Source: Andalucia godoyi And28 (taxonomy: Eukaryota > Protista > Jakobida). From it: a DNA stretch of 248,000 nucleotides. Under the pieces are notes generated by a model. The model saw only the letters and a list, made by a program, of their open reading frames with translations. It was not told where the DNA came from and searched no databases. Every line of letters begins with the position of its first letter. The first letter of the stretch is position 1. Of the stretch, positions 45,594 through 57,954 are shown piece by piece. The stretch spans positions 20,001 to 268,000 of the forward strand of contig VRVR01000021.1 of NCBI GenBank assembly GCA_009859145.1, given 5' to 3'. Both the position numbers and the translations under genes were made by a program.

Positions 45594-47126
45594 TCACTCG
45601 GCCTGGTCAATGTCAATGTTGATGCTGCCTCCCTTGCGCTCCGACGCAGACCACGAAGAGAGCGCGTTCATGACGTCAATCCCGAAGGAAAAGTGCAAGT
45701 CTCCCTTGCGAGCCGCCGACAGGGACTTTGAAAATACCCCCAGCGATATAAGCCCAGACTTTCCGACATACCATGCAGAGCGCAGAGCCACGCCCTTTTC
45801 TGAATCGAAACGAGCAGCAATGTGGTGAAGCACACTGTCTTCGGGACCTTCTACAAGTGCGCCGCATGCGTACGAAGAACACAACACGGGATAGTCATAC
45901 AGAAACTTCGTACTCAAGGACACCTTGTAGGCGAACGGGATCGTCGAAACCATCGCGGCAGACATGGATCCCAGTGCAGAGCCGAACCAAGAGAAGGTGT
46001 ACTGCGAGTCGGCGACGCACTTTGCCCATTTCTGCAGCGCTGGTCTTTTGGGAACCCACAGCTTTGAAAGAAATGGCAAGGGCGGCGAAATAGTGGTTTG
46101 TGGAGAGGACGACCGAGGTCGCTGCTGGTCATGCTGCTGCTGCTGCTGCTGATGATGATGATGATCTGCAAAGTCGACGTGCGTGTGGTTTTGATGTACG
46201 CGTTGAGTCCCAGAAAGCGGAGCGAAGGGATATTCCATGCGATGCTTCCAGCGAGCTGCAGACACTCCATGGTCGGTAGAGTACACAAACCCGAGTCCAA
46301 GATTTGGATTTTCCGAAACCAGTGAGTAAAACGCCTCGCCACCAAACAAGACCTTGCCGACTCGGTGTGTCACATCCACTCCAACCGTCTTCTCAAACGA
46401 CGTGGCTCGTGCGGTGAGCTGCCATCTGGGTCGCTGGTACTGAACTGCGAAAACGGTTGTTGGGTCGTACGAATTCGGGGGCGATGGCACCAGCATCCGT
46501 ACTTCATCCACAATTTCCTCCGCAGCTGTTCCTTCTCTCATACGCAAATGATCTGCATCACGACGCGCAGAATGAACAATTGCAGGCAGCATGTCCATTC
46601 GGTGAAACTCTATTTTCCAGCGCGGATTCCGAGCCAGGTGCCAAGTCTGGACCGTGGATCCATCCGGCGAATACTGTGCACCAATGTCCAAAAACCCCTT
46701 GTCAAACACCGCATCCAGCGCAGTATAGTACAGCTTAAACGCATCCTTTTGCTTCTTTGGAACAGAATCTGCAGAAACATTCGCACGGACAAGAGACGAG
46801 ATCACGAGGTCTTCTGCACGCAGTGGCCACTGATGCGAAGTCACGGAATAGACCGACTCGCGATGCACTCCTATGGACGTGTTCGCCTGGCGCCACTGGA
46901 CGGAACACACCGGAGGCCGAAACGACGAGCGATTGTACTTGTCTAGCCGAGGCTTGGGTGGGATTCCAAATATGCGACTCGCGCCTTCGAGATCAAGAAC
47001 TTGGCGAGACCGCTCGTCAATATCAAAGAATCGCGGACACGGACCGGACTCTTGCATCTCACGCCACTCCCTGCCTCTCAAAAACGAACCTGCCTTTTTA
47101 CGTACCGGTATGGCACACCGACACAA
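45594..47126 (-). CDS. MDM10: Mdm10-like mitochondrial beta-barrel (ERMES)
   Basis: Amphipathic beta-strand pattern; GGEAFYSL..LGLGF and LSTKFLYDY..SSYACG resemble Mdm10 segments. Confidence 0.6.
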   Translation of the reverse strand: MCRCAIPVRKKAGSFLRGREWREMQESGPCPRFFDIDERSRQVLDLEGASRIFGIPPKPRLDKYNRSSFRPPVCSVQWRQANTSIGVHRESVYSVTSHQWPLRAEDLVISSLVRANVSADSVPKKQKDAFKLYYTALDAVFDKGFLDIGAQYSPDGSTVQTWHLARNPRWKIEFHRMDMLPAIVHSARRDADHLRMREGTAAEEIVDEVRMLVPSPPNSYDPTTVFAVQYQRPRWQLTARATSFEKTVGVDVTHRVGKVLFGGEAFYSLVSENPNLGLGFVYSTDHGVSAARWKHRMEYPFAPLSGTQRVHQNHTHVDFADHHHHQQQQQQHDQQRPRSSSPQTTISPPLPFLSKLWVPKRPALQKWAKCVADSQYTFSWFGSALGSMSAAMVSTIPFAYKVSLSTKFLYDYPVLCSSYACGALVEGPEDSVLHHIAARFDSEKGVALRSAWYVGKSGLISLGVFSKSLSAARKGDLHFSFGIDVMNALSSWSASERKGGSINIDIDQAE

Positions 47127-47861
47127 AGATCAACTGCGGCCTGATGATGCGCACGCACGATTAAATTTTTTTATAAAAAAGTAATTAAATTATTTAAAAT
47201 AATAATTAAAAAAACCAATTGCTGCAGCCTTCCGACCCCAATCTCGCCAGATTTTTCTGTCGCTCCCGCAGCTGTCTTGTGCGGAATGTTTTTGTTGTTG
47301 CTATTGCTGTTGCTGTTGTCACGTTTTCAAAACACGCTTTCAAATCGGCAGCAGTACCAATCCAATGAGTACTTTCATATTTTATTAAACCAATGTTACT
47401 ATTTTATTATTTGCGGCACTAAGGGCGATTGGCAGCGGGATGGGCTTCCCATATTGGAAGCCGGTCGTGTTTTTCTCTACAGCAGGAGCCTTGTGACCGT
47501 TGACAGCTGAAAGGATGCCAGTAGCATCGAGCACGAAGCGGGGCAAGCAGGCAACCGGAATTGAGAGGCCAAAACCTCGAGGAGGGTGGAAGGGTGCGGC
47601 TTGTAAAGAACGTGCCACTCCTTGATCTTGGGCTACAGTGACCGGGCGTCGTGCGCGTCTTCTGGACAAACAGAAAACATCTGTCTTCTGCGGCTCTTTG
47701 TTGTGAGACAGCAACAAGTTACAACTCTCCCGCCCCTGGCCGCAGAACAACGGTACCGCATAGCAAACACAGGCTCCTATCGACCAGAAGGATCAATTGC
47801 TTCGCTATTCCAGCAGATAAGTTCGTTATCCGGTGGACAATAGACAAAAAGAACCAGGGGG

Positions 47862-48509
47862 CTATCGTGGATTTGCAAGATTCCGAGGTGATTCTCGATG
47901 ACCATGATTACTGTTATTACTGTCACTACTGTTATTACTGTTATGATGATGATGATGATGAAGAACATGATGTGGATGCTGATGATGATGATGAAGATGT
48001 TGGCGGCTGTGGTGATTGTTGTCTGCAGCGTATTCTTGTATGGAGTCCTCAGTTCGCGGAAATGGGATCTCAGCGACTTGTCGTGGTGTATGTGGCGGGG
48101 CGTCGAAATTCTGGAGATCCAGCTGCTGGACGGGCTTCAACGGACAGAGATAGTCCATGCACAAACGGATTGATCGGCGTGCAACAGCATACCAAACGAC
48201 TCCGAACGCCGCGAGATTGAATGACTCTTGGGAGTCCAGAAAGCGGGAAGTGCGCATAAGCACGAGTGACGCCGAGACTTCGGTCGCGGTAAGCAGCATT
48301 GGGCTGAGAAACTGGCCAGATACCAGCCAGTCGATTACAACATACAGCTGGAAACACAGCAGAATGAACCGATAAGACCGGTACTTTGTCCACAGTGCTC
48401 GCAATGCATAGTCGCGGACTTGGCGAAACGGGCCCAGAAGCATTGCCGTAAGAACCGCATCCAGAGCCAGTCCAACATACAGCAGCGACAACCGCATGCC
48501 AATCATCAT
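47862..48509 (-). CDS. Small membrane protein, possibly BAP31-like
   Basis: Hydrophobic N-terminal helices; the 3' end is low-complexity and uncertain. Confidence 0.35.
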   Translation of the reverse strand: MMIGMRLSLLYVGLALDAVLTAMLLGPFRQVRDYALRALWTKYRSYRFILLCFQLYVVIDWLVSGQFLSPMLLTATEVSASLVLMRTSRFLDSQESFNLAAFGVVWYAVARRSIRLCMDYLCPLKPVQQLDLQNFDAPPHTPRQVAEIPFPRTEDSIQEYAADNNHHSRQHLHHHHQHPHHVLHHHHHHNSNNSSDSNNSNHGHRESPRNLANPR

Positions 48510-49034
48510 CACCAACACCCGCCTACCCCCAAAAAAAAAACAATTCAGACAAACGACGACCCCAACCACAACAACCAGAAGAGAACACGAAGAGAGAAAG
48601 CAAGGATGGGGGGGAGCAACACATTGGGGGAACCAAAACACATCCGCAGGCAGCAATCGTAAAAAAAAATAAAAAAATAAGCATCAAGCCCAAGTGGCTG
48701 ATGCAAGAAAGCTCTTCCCACGAACAGCGCAGCCTCAAGTGCGAAAATGAAAGACAAAGCAATAAGGTCATTTAAAAAAGGCTCGCCTCCTTCTTTTGAT
48801 TTTTTATGATTTCTTGTTTTTAATTCATTAATATTTTTATATTCTTTTTATACATATTTGGCGTGCTTTTCTTGTGCATTGATGCGCTGGATCCCACGGC
48901 CATCAGCTTTCTGTCCTACGCTTCACAAGTCTCCATACACTTCTTTTTTTGCTCTTTGCTGTCGACCGATTTACAGCTGTTCGTGTTCGTGTTTATCTGG
49001 AATCCCGCGATTGAGAGTTGATTGGGAGCGCAGA

Positions 49035-50771
49035 ATGAGCACAGAGGTACCTCGTGATTCTCTGGACTCGGTGTCAGAAGGTCTTGCGACTGCGTACTTC
49101 CCAAAGGGTGAAGTGTTTTATAATCCCGTTCAGTGCTTCAATCGAGACTTGTCAATTCTGGTGCTTCGAGCGTTCGACGAGACTCGCAAGGACGAAGGGA
49201 AGGCACTTGTTGTGAAGAAGAAACACAACTGGGAGTCGCAGAATCCTTATTCAGCGGAGAAGGAAGCGGAATACAAGGAAAAAAGAGCGGAAAAGGAGGC
49301 GGTTTGGACCCAGTTTGAGAATCCTGCGCCTTTGAAAGTCCTGGAAGGGTTGTCCGCAAGCGGACTGAGAGCAATCCGCTATGCAAAGGAAGTTCCGCAT
49401 ATTGACTATGTTACAGCCAATGATCTGGACAAGCATGCTGCAGAGGCGATCAGCAGAAATGTCAAGTGGAACGATGCGGAACCGCTAGTTCGTGTTTCGT
49501 GCTCGGACGTCAACTCGCATTTGCTGTCAAACCAAAATGTCTATGATGTGATTGATCTCGATCCATACGGGTCTCCAGCCCCGTTTCTTGCTTCATCAGT
49601 GTCGTGCGTTGCGGACGGCGGACTGCTGTGCATTACGGCCACGGATATGGCTATATTGGCTGGAAATTACCCCGAGGTTTCGCACGCCAAGTACGGGTCG
49701 ATTCCCGTACACGGCTCCAATGCGAGAATCGAAATGGGCCTTCGTGTGCTTTTGCACTCCATTTCGCAGGTCGCAGCACAATATGGGCGGTCGATTGAGC
49801 CATTGATGACGTTGTCGTTGGATTTCTATGCTCGGTGCTTTGTCCGTGTGCGCACATCGCTTGCACAGGTCAAGGAGAATATTCTCAGAAACGCCTATGT
49901 GCTACATTCTACAAAACGAGATCATTTTGAGTTGCTCCCCACGGGACGGACGGTGAACGATGCCCGGACGTACACGCCCCCCACGATTCCCTTGCAAAAG
50001 GTTGTCCAGAATTTTGAGACAGAATGGGAGCATGTGTGGATGGGAGGGCCCATCTGGACCGGCACCATGCACTCGCAAGATTTCCTCACGAAACTCGAAC
50101 GACTTGTTCGGGACCCTGTTGCAACCAAGCTGTACTCGGAGCATAACAAGCAGCGCATGAGAGGGCTGCTAATGACCTTGCAAGAAGAAGTTACGCTCGC
50201 TGACCATCCTTTGTACTTTCAAATTCCTGCGCTGTGTTCGGTAGTGCGTGCCAGCTGTCCGTCGTATCAGAGGTTCTTGTCTGCACTTATTAGGCTTGGC
50301 TACAGAGTAAGCGGTACGCATTGTGATCCTGCGGGATTCAAAACGGATTGTCCTACGCCCATTCTGTGGGACGTGGTTCGGTGCTTCGCGGAAGACTCGG
50401 GTCTGCAAACCACAGCGTTACCGAAAACGGAAAATGAAGCAGCGGCGGCGGCAGCTTCACAAGAAGAAAGCAAGGATTCCAAGAAGGAGCGACGATCAAA
50501 ACCGAAAATCCTTTTCACCAAGCCTATTGCAGCCACGATCCGAGAGACGATCAGGTTTTCCCAGGATCCAAACGTCGTGATGGATGATTTTGCAAAAGGT
50601 CTCGACCTGTCCTCTCTGGGCCGTTGGGCTCCGGATTACGAGGGCGAAGGACGGTTTCTACCTAATCCAGAGGAGAACTGGGGACCCAAGGCTCGTGCAA
50701 AGAAGCGTGCCCATACATCGTCGCCAAGTACGGCGGAAGTAGAAGAGCCATCAAAACGACCAAAGAACTAG
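49035..50771 (+). CDS. TRM1: tRNA (guanine26-N2)-dimethyltransferase
   Basis: VFYNPVQCFNRDLS, LEGLSASGLRAIRY, DVIDLDPYGS, LLCITATD. Confidence 0.94.
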   Translation: MSTEVPRDSLDSVSEGLATAYFPKGEVFYNPVQCFNRDLSILVLRAFDETRKDEGKALVVKKKHNWESQNPYSAEKEAEYKEKRAEKEAVWTQFENPAPLKVLEGLSASGLRAIRYAKEVPHIDYVTANDLDKHAAEAISRNVKWNDAEPLVRVSCSDVNSHLLSNQNVYDVIDLDPYGSPAPFLASSVSCVADGGLLCITATDMAILAGNYPEVSHAKYGSIPVHGSNARIEMGLRVLLHSISQVAAQYGRSIEPLMTLSLDFYARCFVRVRTSLAQVKENILRNAYVLHSTKRDHFELLPTGRTVNDARTYTPPTIPLQKVVQNFETEWEHVWMGGPIWTGTMHSQDFLTKLERLVRDPVATKLYSEHNKQRMRGLLMTLQEEVTLADHPLYFQIPALCSVVRASCPSYQRFLSALIRLGYRVSGTHCDPAGFKTDCPTPILWDVVRCFAEDSGLQTTALPKTENEAAAAAASQEESKDSKKERRSKPKILFTKPIAATIRETIRFSQDPNVVMDDFAKGLDLSSLGRWAPDYEGEGRFLPNPEENWGPKARAKKRAHTSSPSTAEVEEPSKRPKN

Positions 50772-50931
50772 AGGGGCCCGTCTCAAGAATGGAAGTGCCA
50801 ACAGACAAGCCACGCATTTATCATGTAAAGCAACCATAAAAATGGTAGGATAGGATATGCACAGGATATGGTTGCCAAACGCGTTGAGAAGAAGAAGAAA
50901 AATGTGACCTTTGGAGATTACAAATGAGACG

Positions 50932-51233
50932 TCAAACACGGTACAATGTCGGATAGGAAGGTCGTCGACTGACCAATGCCGCCCACGAATTGCCAGGCAG
51001 CTGATCCCCAAGTGAAATGGAATGTGATCGATGGTTCGACAAACTCCAAGGCTGCTTTTCGGCAAGCGCGGGAACAACATCGGGGAGCAGCGACTCAGGA
51101 CGATGGCTGAGCACTTCGGACCAGCGCAGATCAACATCGTCGAAATTCGAGATCTGGGACTGTTGCACCAGCCAGTCCTGCAGAAACATTTGTCTCCAAT
51201 TTCGGTTTCGCGCTCCTCTTTCTCCTTCTCCTT

Positions 51234-51289
<56 letters not shown>

Positions 51290-52593
51290 GGATCGCATGG
51301 CCTCCCTAGGCAGCAAGAAGAAACGTCCTTCCGTTGTGCGAAACGTGCGGACGGCAAACTGGGACGCATATGACCGAGGAGTCGCTGTGCCGTCAGACAG
51401 CTGGTCGTCTCTCGGCTTCGCAGCTGCCTTGCGACATGGCGATTCTTGTCCACAGTGAACGCGCCAGCATAGCGTTTGTAAAGTCGGTTCTTGACGTGAT
51501 AGGCGCCAAAGACAGTGTGCATGGCCAAAATGTCGGATTGCTCACTGGGGCTCAAGTCCGACCACGCATCGCATTCCCAGTAATTGTCGCACACTGCATC
51601 CCAGTCAATTTGATCACCTGCGTCTGATTCAGTCCCATGAGCATGGCCACTTGCGGCGAAGGACACATGTTTCTTTCTGCGCCTGGTCTCGCTCATAATG
51701 AGTCCCTTAGGCCGAGGAACAAGCCTATGGAGATGTCTGTTGTAGCATTTGCTTTTGGTAATGTTTGGCATTTCCATCGCCAGCGGCTGTGTGCTGTTGA
51801 TCAGTGAGGAGTCTGTATCCATTTGATCAGTGGAATACACGGGAAACATGGAGTTGAGTGACGGGAGCTCGACATCTGATCCACTCGGGAGCAAACTGTC
51901 CGTTCGAATCTGCAACGACCCGGAAACATGATTGTGGCCTGCAATTTCACACAGCGTTCTCGAAGCATTGACATTTGCGTTCTCACCAACCGCACGAGTG
52001 CTTATTCCTATACAGGTTTGGGATCGAGCTCCGTAAAACGAACGCTCGCTCCTCGCGATGCCTTCAAGGAGGAACGGGCTTGCAGATGCCGCGGTTCCAC
52101 CTCTCGCGGTCCGCGAAAGACTGGAGGAGGCGGTTGAGTTGCTCTGGACATTGCTGCCGCTGTCTGATAACATAGTACTGGATATTCCTTTGGGAGCCGA
52201 CAATGGCTGGCTCCGGCGAGCCGCCTCTGTCAACGTCGCCATCGCCAAGGAGCCAAATTTGTGTCGACAAGCGCAAAGGCAGTCGGGAGAAGTGTTTGGC
52301 CTTCGGAGAGGAGGTGTCGTTGTCATTGCCGGGGATCGCTTATCTCGCATGCTCACCGATCGCCGAGACACCGTGCCGCTGATGACAGGGATCGACGAAA
52401 ACATATCGCTCGACGAAAACCCATTCGAATTGCTGTCGACTCGGGAAGATCTGCGATTGCTTGGATTTGAATTGGAATTAGAGTTCTCAAACCCTGTTGC
52501 TTGATCGCGAGACCACGCATGTTCTCTGGTTCCTCGCGGCTTTTGCCTCTTCTCTTTAGACTTGGAAAGTTCTCGAGAATGAAGGACCCCCAT
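50932..52593 (-). CDS. Hypothetical disordered protein (MG start, KHVSF motif)
   Basis: 553 aa ORF. Confidence 0.5.
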
Positions 52594-53260
52594 TCAATTT
52601 GCATATTGGTTGGTGGACTATTCGCTGCTTTTTTGATGTGTACCGTACTTACCTCAGGTATTTTGTATCCACAAAAGAATGCACAACTTTTTCTTCCAAT
52701 AACACGGACAAATGCAAAATAATAAAATAAATAACAACCAAGTACAAATTTGCGCAAATTTGCAAAACGGGCTCACAGTTCATTAACCTCTTACGCACAC
52801 CCAGAGTTTCCGAAGACACTTCTCCTGCTCATCAGAAGGGGGGGAAACAGGAGCGTAGGTTTTGTTCGGGAATTGAACAGAATCAGTGAACGTGATGTTG
52901 AAACGAATGGCAGGGTCACAAGAAGATCAACCTCACAAGGGTTGCTACCGCGGATCTGGTCCGATGGAAGTTTGATCTGCTTCGACCCGTCACGGAAGCA
53001 CTGTCTTAAAACAAAGAAGCCGGGGGGCGAGCGCTCTCAGAAATGCTACCGGTAATATGCAAGTGTGTTGAGAAAGCTTGTATTTGTTTGTTTTCCTTCT
53101 CAGTTTCAAATTATTTAATGGTTTGTTCTTTCTGTACAATGTTCAGATAAAGGTTAGTGGGGCGTGGGATTGGAAAGGGCATAAGTATGAACGGGCCCGG
53201 GGAATCCAGCCCCTGGATACCACAACTCCGCATCTTTCTTCTTTCCTTTTTTTTTTTTTT

Positions 53261-56014
53261 TCAGTCAGAAGAGACTAAGTATGGAGGATCGACATCAACA
53301 TTGACATCGAGAGAAGCCTTGAGCAAAGCCCGCTGCATTGGAGACTTCAGCGCGAGCGACGATGGAGACTGGACAAGAGCAAGCGAATGCTTTCGGATAG
53401 ACGAATTCAGGAAATTGTACGGATCCGCAGACGCCAGAGAGTCGTAGAGTGACACTCGAGGCGACGCAAACAGAACGTCTGGGCTCGTCAAGAACGTCGA
53501 CATTCGCGATTTTCTCGCGGAAGGTTGAATGGGGGTTGTCGGCATTGGGGTACCGAAAAGCGATGCATGCATGCGCTTTGAATGTACAAAAGGTGACGCA
53601 AAACCATTAATCGTGTCCACAGACCCGCGGAACAGTGCTCGCACCGACCAGTCGCTGATCTCTGTTTGGGTCGGCTGATCCACGGAAAGTGCTACACCCG
53701 GAGCCAGAACGTAATCTGTTTGCGTATATGCACTTGTCATGACGGCGGCGGCCTTCGAGTGCGTGGCCGGTGCCGCCGTCGACACGGACGCTGACACTGG
53801 CTGCACAGCCGATTCCGTCGTCCAATGCGGCTTGTGACTCTTGAACTGCACTCCGCGATCGACTGTCTTGTGCGGCAAATATTGGGTCTCACGGTTCACC
53901 ATTTTCGTACCCGGCGATTGGGAGGCCTTATGTTCGACATGAGGACTGGACCCGTATGACAACTTTTGTTTTGCGCGACCATTGGCATGTGACTCTGCCT
54001 GGTACTCGCGGCTGGCAACTCGCACTGGAGAGGACTGGACGGCCACTTCTTGAAAGAATTCGTCGCTTGCAACGCGGACAATGTGTGTATTGCAGGCCGA
54101 GTCGCGACGATCAACAGCTCTTGGCGTGCTGCTGGCGTCCTCGTGGTCTCGGAGCTTCGACTCTAACGACCGGACTTGCAGCATCCACACCTGGATGTCG
54201 TCATCTCGCTGTGCGATAAACTCTTGTATTTTCTGCGCAAAGTGTGCTTCGGTATTCCCAAGTTTGGCACGCAACTCGTCTCGCTCGTGAGCCAAATCAC
54301 GAATTTGGATGTTTTGATCAGACAACTGCGATTCCAGTGCGGTGAGACGTGCAGTCACTTCCTGCTTTTCCTTGTCAAGTTCTGCGACTTGTCGGACAAG
54401 CTCTGATCGCTCAATAGACAGCGCTTCCCATCGTCGCTGGTTTTCCTCGTTTGTGGACGCTTCCAGAACCACCTGACTCGCTTGCACTAGCAAGATGTTT
54501 TCTTTCTGCAGCGCGGCATTCTGTTTTTGCAACGCCCCCAGTTGGTCCTGAACCTGGTCCATTGCTCGCAATGTCTCCTTCTTCTGCCGCTCTGCATTAA
54601 CAATTGCTAGTCGCAAACGTTCCGTTTGATCCGTCAGCGAATGGTTCGTCTCTACTAACGACAGATTATCGCGGCGTAGACTTGCATTCAATTCTCTCAG
54701 CGGTCCGCTTTCCGACTGCAAAGCTGCAGTGGATTCTTGCAATCTCTGTGCCTCGACAAGCACTGATTGTTGAGATTGCTGGCTCTCCAAGACGCTTTGA
54801 CGTAGCTGTGCGTTTTCCTGTTCCTTGTTACTCAGTTTCTCGCAAGCAAAGGTGTACTCCTGGAAGAGCGCATCCTTTTCACACTGCAAGGCGCTCCTCT
54901 GCACAGCAGCTGCATCCAATCCCCTCTGCAGGTCCGCGCCCCTCTGCAGCAACCGTTCTTGTTCCTGAAGCAGCGCAGAATGCTGTCTTTGCAGGTTGTC
55001 TATTTGCTGTTCCAAACCACTCTTGATGTTCTCCAATTCTTGCTTCTCAATTCCCAGTCGTTCCACCGATTGCAAAAGCACGGATTTCGCATGTTGCAAA
55101 CTCTCAGATTCCCGACGAAACACCGCCTTTTGTTCCTCGCACTCTCCGCATAACCTTCCTCGTTCACTTTCCAGCTCGTCCAGCAAGACACGCTGACGAT
55201 CTACATCGGCTGCTGCGTCGCGAACTCTCTTCTCGAGAATCTGAATCTGCAGCGTCTGTTCGTCCGAACTCGCGCTCATCGTCCTGACCTTCGCAAGCAG
55301 CTCTTCTTTTTCCACGGATAAAGACTCCATTGATTGTGCAATGTGCAGCTTCTCTGCTTGAATAGCTTGAATCTTCTCCTGCGTCTCCAAATCGCCTTTC
55401 GCTGCAACGCGCCGTATTTCGTCGTCCTTTCTCGCGATCGTCTCCAGCAACCCTGTCTTTTGCCGCTCCAGTGCATCGAGCGCCTGAACCAGCCCGACCT
55501 TCTCCTTGACCCACTCCAGCATCTTTTCGTGATGCAGCCTCAGACCGTGCTCTTTTCCAGCGCATTCTGTCTGCAACTCCGCAATTGTCTGCAACAAGCT
55601 CGTCTTTTCCGCTTCCAACTCCAGGAGTCTCTTTTCCCTGTCCTCCTTCTCGCGTAGACACACGCTCAACCTATCCTGCAGCTCCGCAACTGTGCTGCGG
55701 TCCAGTCCCTTCAACCTCTGCACCAGCTCTTCGTTTTCCCGTGCTTTCGAATCAACGTCAGTCGCCAACACCGAGTTTCGTGACTGCGCATCCGACAACT
55801 TGTGTGCTAATCGATCCACCAGCACCTCAAAACGGTCTCGCTCCGAACGAAGCGATTGGCACTGGTTCACAACAGACCGCAAGGAATCCTCCAGCATCTG
55901 CACCGACTGCTGCAGCTCGAAAACACGAGTTTCGCTCTCGGACCGAGACTTTAGCGCGTCTTTCAGCAACTCGCGCAAAGAAGCAGCTTCAGACACCCGA
56001 GGAGAACTACTCAT
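53261..56014 (-). CDS. Long coiled-coil protein
   Basis: Heptad-rich E/Q/L/K composition; start set at MSSSPRV. Confidence 0.7.
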   Translation of the reverse strand: MSSSPRVSEAASLRELLKDALKSRSESETRVFELQQSVQMLEDSLRSVVNQCQSLRSERDRFEVLVDRLAHKLSDAQSRNSVLATDVDSKARENEELVQRLKGLDRSTVAELQDRLSVCLREKEDREKRLLELEAEKTSLLQTIAELQTECAGKEHGLRLHHEKMLEWVKEKVGLVQALDALERQKTGLLETIARKDDEIRRVAAKGDLETQEKIQAIQAEKLHIAQSMESLSVEKEELLAKVRTMSASSDEQTLQIQILEKRVRDAAADVDRQRVLLDELESERGRLCGECEEQKAVFRRESESLQHAKSVLLQSVERLGIEKQELENIKSGLEQQIDNLQRQHSALLQEQERLLQRGADLQRGLDAAAVQRSALQCEKDALFQEYTFACEKLSNKEQENAQLRQSVLESQQSQQSVLVEAQRLQESTAALQSESGPLRELNASLRRDNLSLVETNHSLTDQTERLRLAIVNAERQKKETLRAMDQVQDQLGALQKQNAALQKENILLVQASQVVLEASTNEENQRRWEALSIERSELVRQVAELDKEKQEVTARLTALESQLSDQNIQIRDLAHERDELRAKLGNTEAHFAQKIQEFIAQRDDDIQVWMLQVRSLESKLRDHEDASSTPRAVDRRDSACNTHIVRVASDEFFQEVAVQSSPVRVASREYQAESHANGRAKQKLSYGSSPHVEHKASQSPGTKMVNRETQYLPHKTVDRGVQFKSHKPHWTTESAVQPVSASVSTAAPATHSKAAAVMTSAYTQTDYVLAPGVALSVDQPTQTEISDWSVRALFRGSVDTINGFASPFVHSKRMHASLFGTPMPTTPIQPSARKSRMSTFLTSPDVLFASPRVSLYDSLASADPYNFLNSSIRKHSLALVQSPSSLALKSPMQRALLKASLDVNVDVDPPYLVSSD

Positions 56015-56097
56015 TCCAGTCACAACTGCCCCCCACAAAAAACAAAAGGCACAAGAACAAGAAAATATACAATTTACAAAACAAATATTATAATTAT

Positions 56098-56143
<46 letters not shown>

Positions 56144-57294
56144 TATAAACGAATTTGAGAAAAGAAGTGGAGGGGAAAATACTGACCTTTGTTGGGTTTC
56201 GACAATTGGCAATTCTTAGCGTAGAGCAACTACGGAATAGCATGGGCACAATGATGCGTGCTTTTTTTGCCGCCAAATCGAGCGGATAATAGTTCACCCG
56301 CCCACCATTTTTGTCCGTTTTGGCCTGCTTTCGCTAGCATCAAGCCGAGCATTCTAAAAAAGAAAAGGCGATCGGGGGGCATTTCCTTCTTTTACGGCTG
56401 CTGAAGGTCAGACATGGAGCACACTTGGTCGAAGGATCTTTTTTCGGCACGGTTTTGCTTGGAGAGGGGGTGCCCCGGAAGGACAAGGTCAGTACCACGG
56501 ATCGCTGGATTGCTTGTTGAAAGGGGGCCGAGTGGCGGGTGGCCAGAAGCGAAACTACTGGGAACCCCGGATATTGAAGGACGAAAAAGGTGCAAGACGA
56601 GCAGGCGAGATTGTTCCCGTCGAGGCTGGACAGTGGATCAACATGGCTGGATGGACTATTGTGGCAAAGAGCCCAACAATACAAGTCGCAGAACGTCATG
56701 GGGATGGCTTCAAATGGCTGAAGGTCCGACCAGACTGCCTCGGAGCGCACAGCAGAAATGACAAGCTGGAGAATTTCCGAGGCAGAATCCCGTCGCAGCG
56801 GACGGTCTTTCTTTGCTCGGGCACACAGGAAAGCACCGGCAAGCAGTGGATTGTTTCCTGATCCTGCGGACAAGGTAGCACGCGCAGTCTGGCATGTCTC
56901 CGACGGGAGGTTTTCCTTTCCGGTGCAGCAGGCTGTGCGAGTGCGGTGCGCATTGGTGGACGGCGTTTTCACGGTGACCGACGCACGAGTTGCTCTCTAC
57001 GCACGGAACCTCATTTCCATCCAGCTTCTGCATGGGCGACCGAATCCGCTACTTGGAAATCTGTAATCAGCGTTTGCTGCGCTGAATTGAATGCGAAATG
57101 ACGAAAGCAGAATTGCATGTGGATGTTGGTGTGCGAATGGGCGTCCCCGGTGTGCCGTTTATTCCTTCTTTCATCGTTGTGACGCGCAACCCACCCTCCC
57201 CCATACACGTACATTCATTCGTACACTCATCGACACAAGCACACCCGTCGGCGCGTCCGCCTACTCGCACACAACCCCAAAATTTGTTGAAGCC

Positions 57295-57513
57295 ATGTCA
57301 TCCGAAGACGATATCGCGCAGCTGAAGGCCTTCCTCTCCTTGAAGCTCCAGCCATCTGCTCGACCAGTCGCCGGCAGCTCACGCCAGAACTCAATGCCCA
57401 GACTTGGTCTCGACAAGGTTGTCGGGAGAAACCGCGCTTCTTCCATCGGCGATTCCATGGCTTCCATGCCCCCTCCGCCCACCCCGCATCTCTCTGTAGC
57501 CCATCACCACTAA
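57295..57513 (+). CDS. Small hypothetical protein
   Basis: 73-codon ORF MSSEDDIAQLKAFL.. Confidence 0.3.
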   Translation: MSSEDDIAQLKAFLSLKLQPSARPVAGSSRQNSMPRLGLDKVVGRNRASSIGDSMASMPPPPTPHLSVAHHH

Positions 57514-57954
57514 ACGCTGACGGCGAGCTGTTGGTAACAGATTGCTTTTTCTCCGTCTTCCTTCCCTCTCTCGCTCTCTCACTCGTGTCTTCTTTTTGCG
57601 TGCCCTTTTTGTTGTTGCTGTTTCCCTTGTATGTATGAATACCCTGCGGCTTCTATCTGTCATTTATTACTATTTTTCTTTTCTTCTGTACGTGCGTGTG
57701 TGTATGGCTTGTTTTTTTTTTTTTTTTTTTTTTTTGGTAATGTAACGAATGTGGATTCAAAGTTCAAAATGTCAATGATCTGTTTCACGAATAAAAAGAT
57801 GATGTTTCAAATCGTACATCTTGTAGGGTTGGCAAAACAGTTTACTTTTCATCTGGCTCGCGCTCATTGCACACACCGATGGGGGAGCTGCAAAGAAGAG
57901 GAGGGGAAGGATGTATTAACATGCGGACGCAGTCAGAAAATTCTTGATCGCCAC

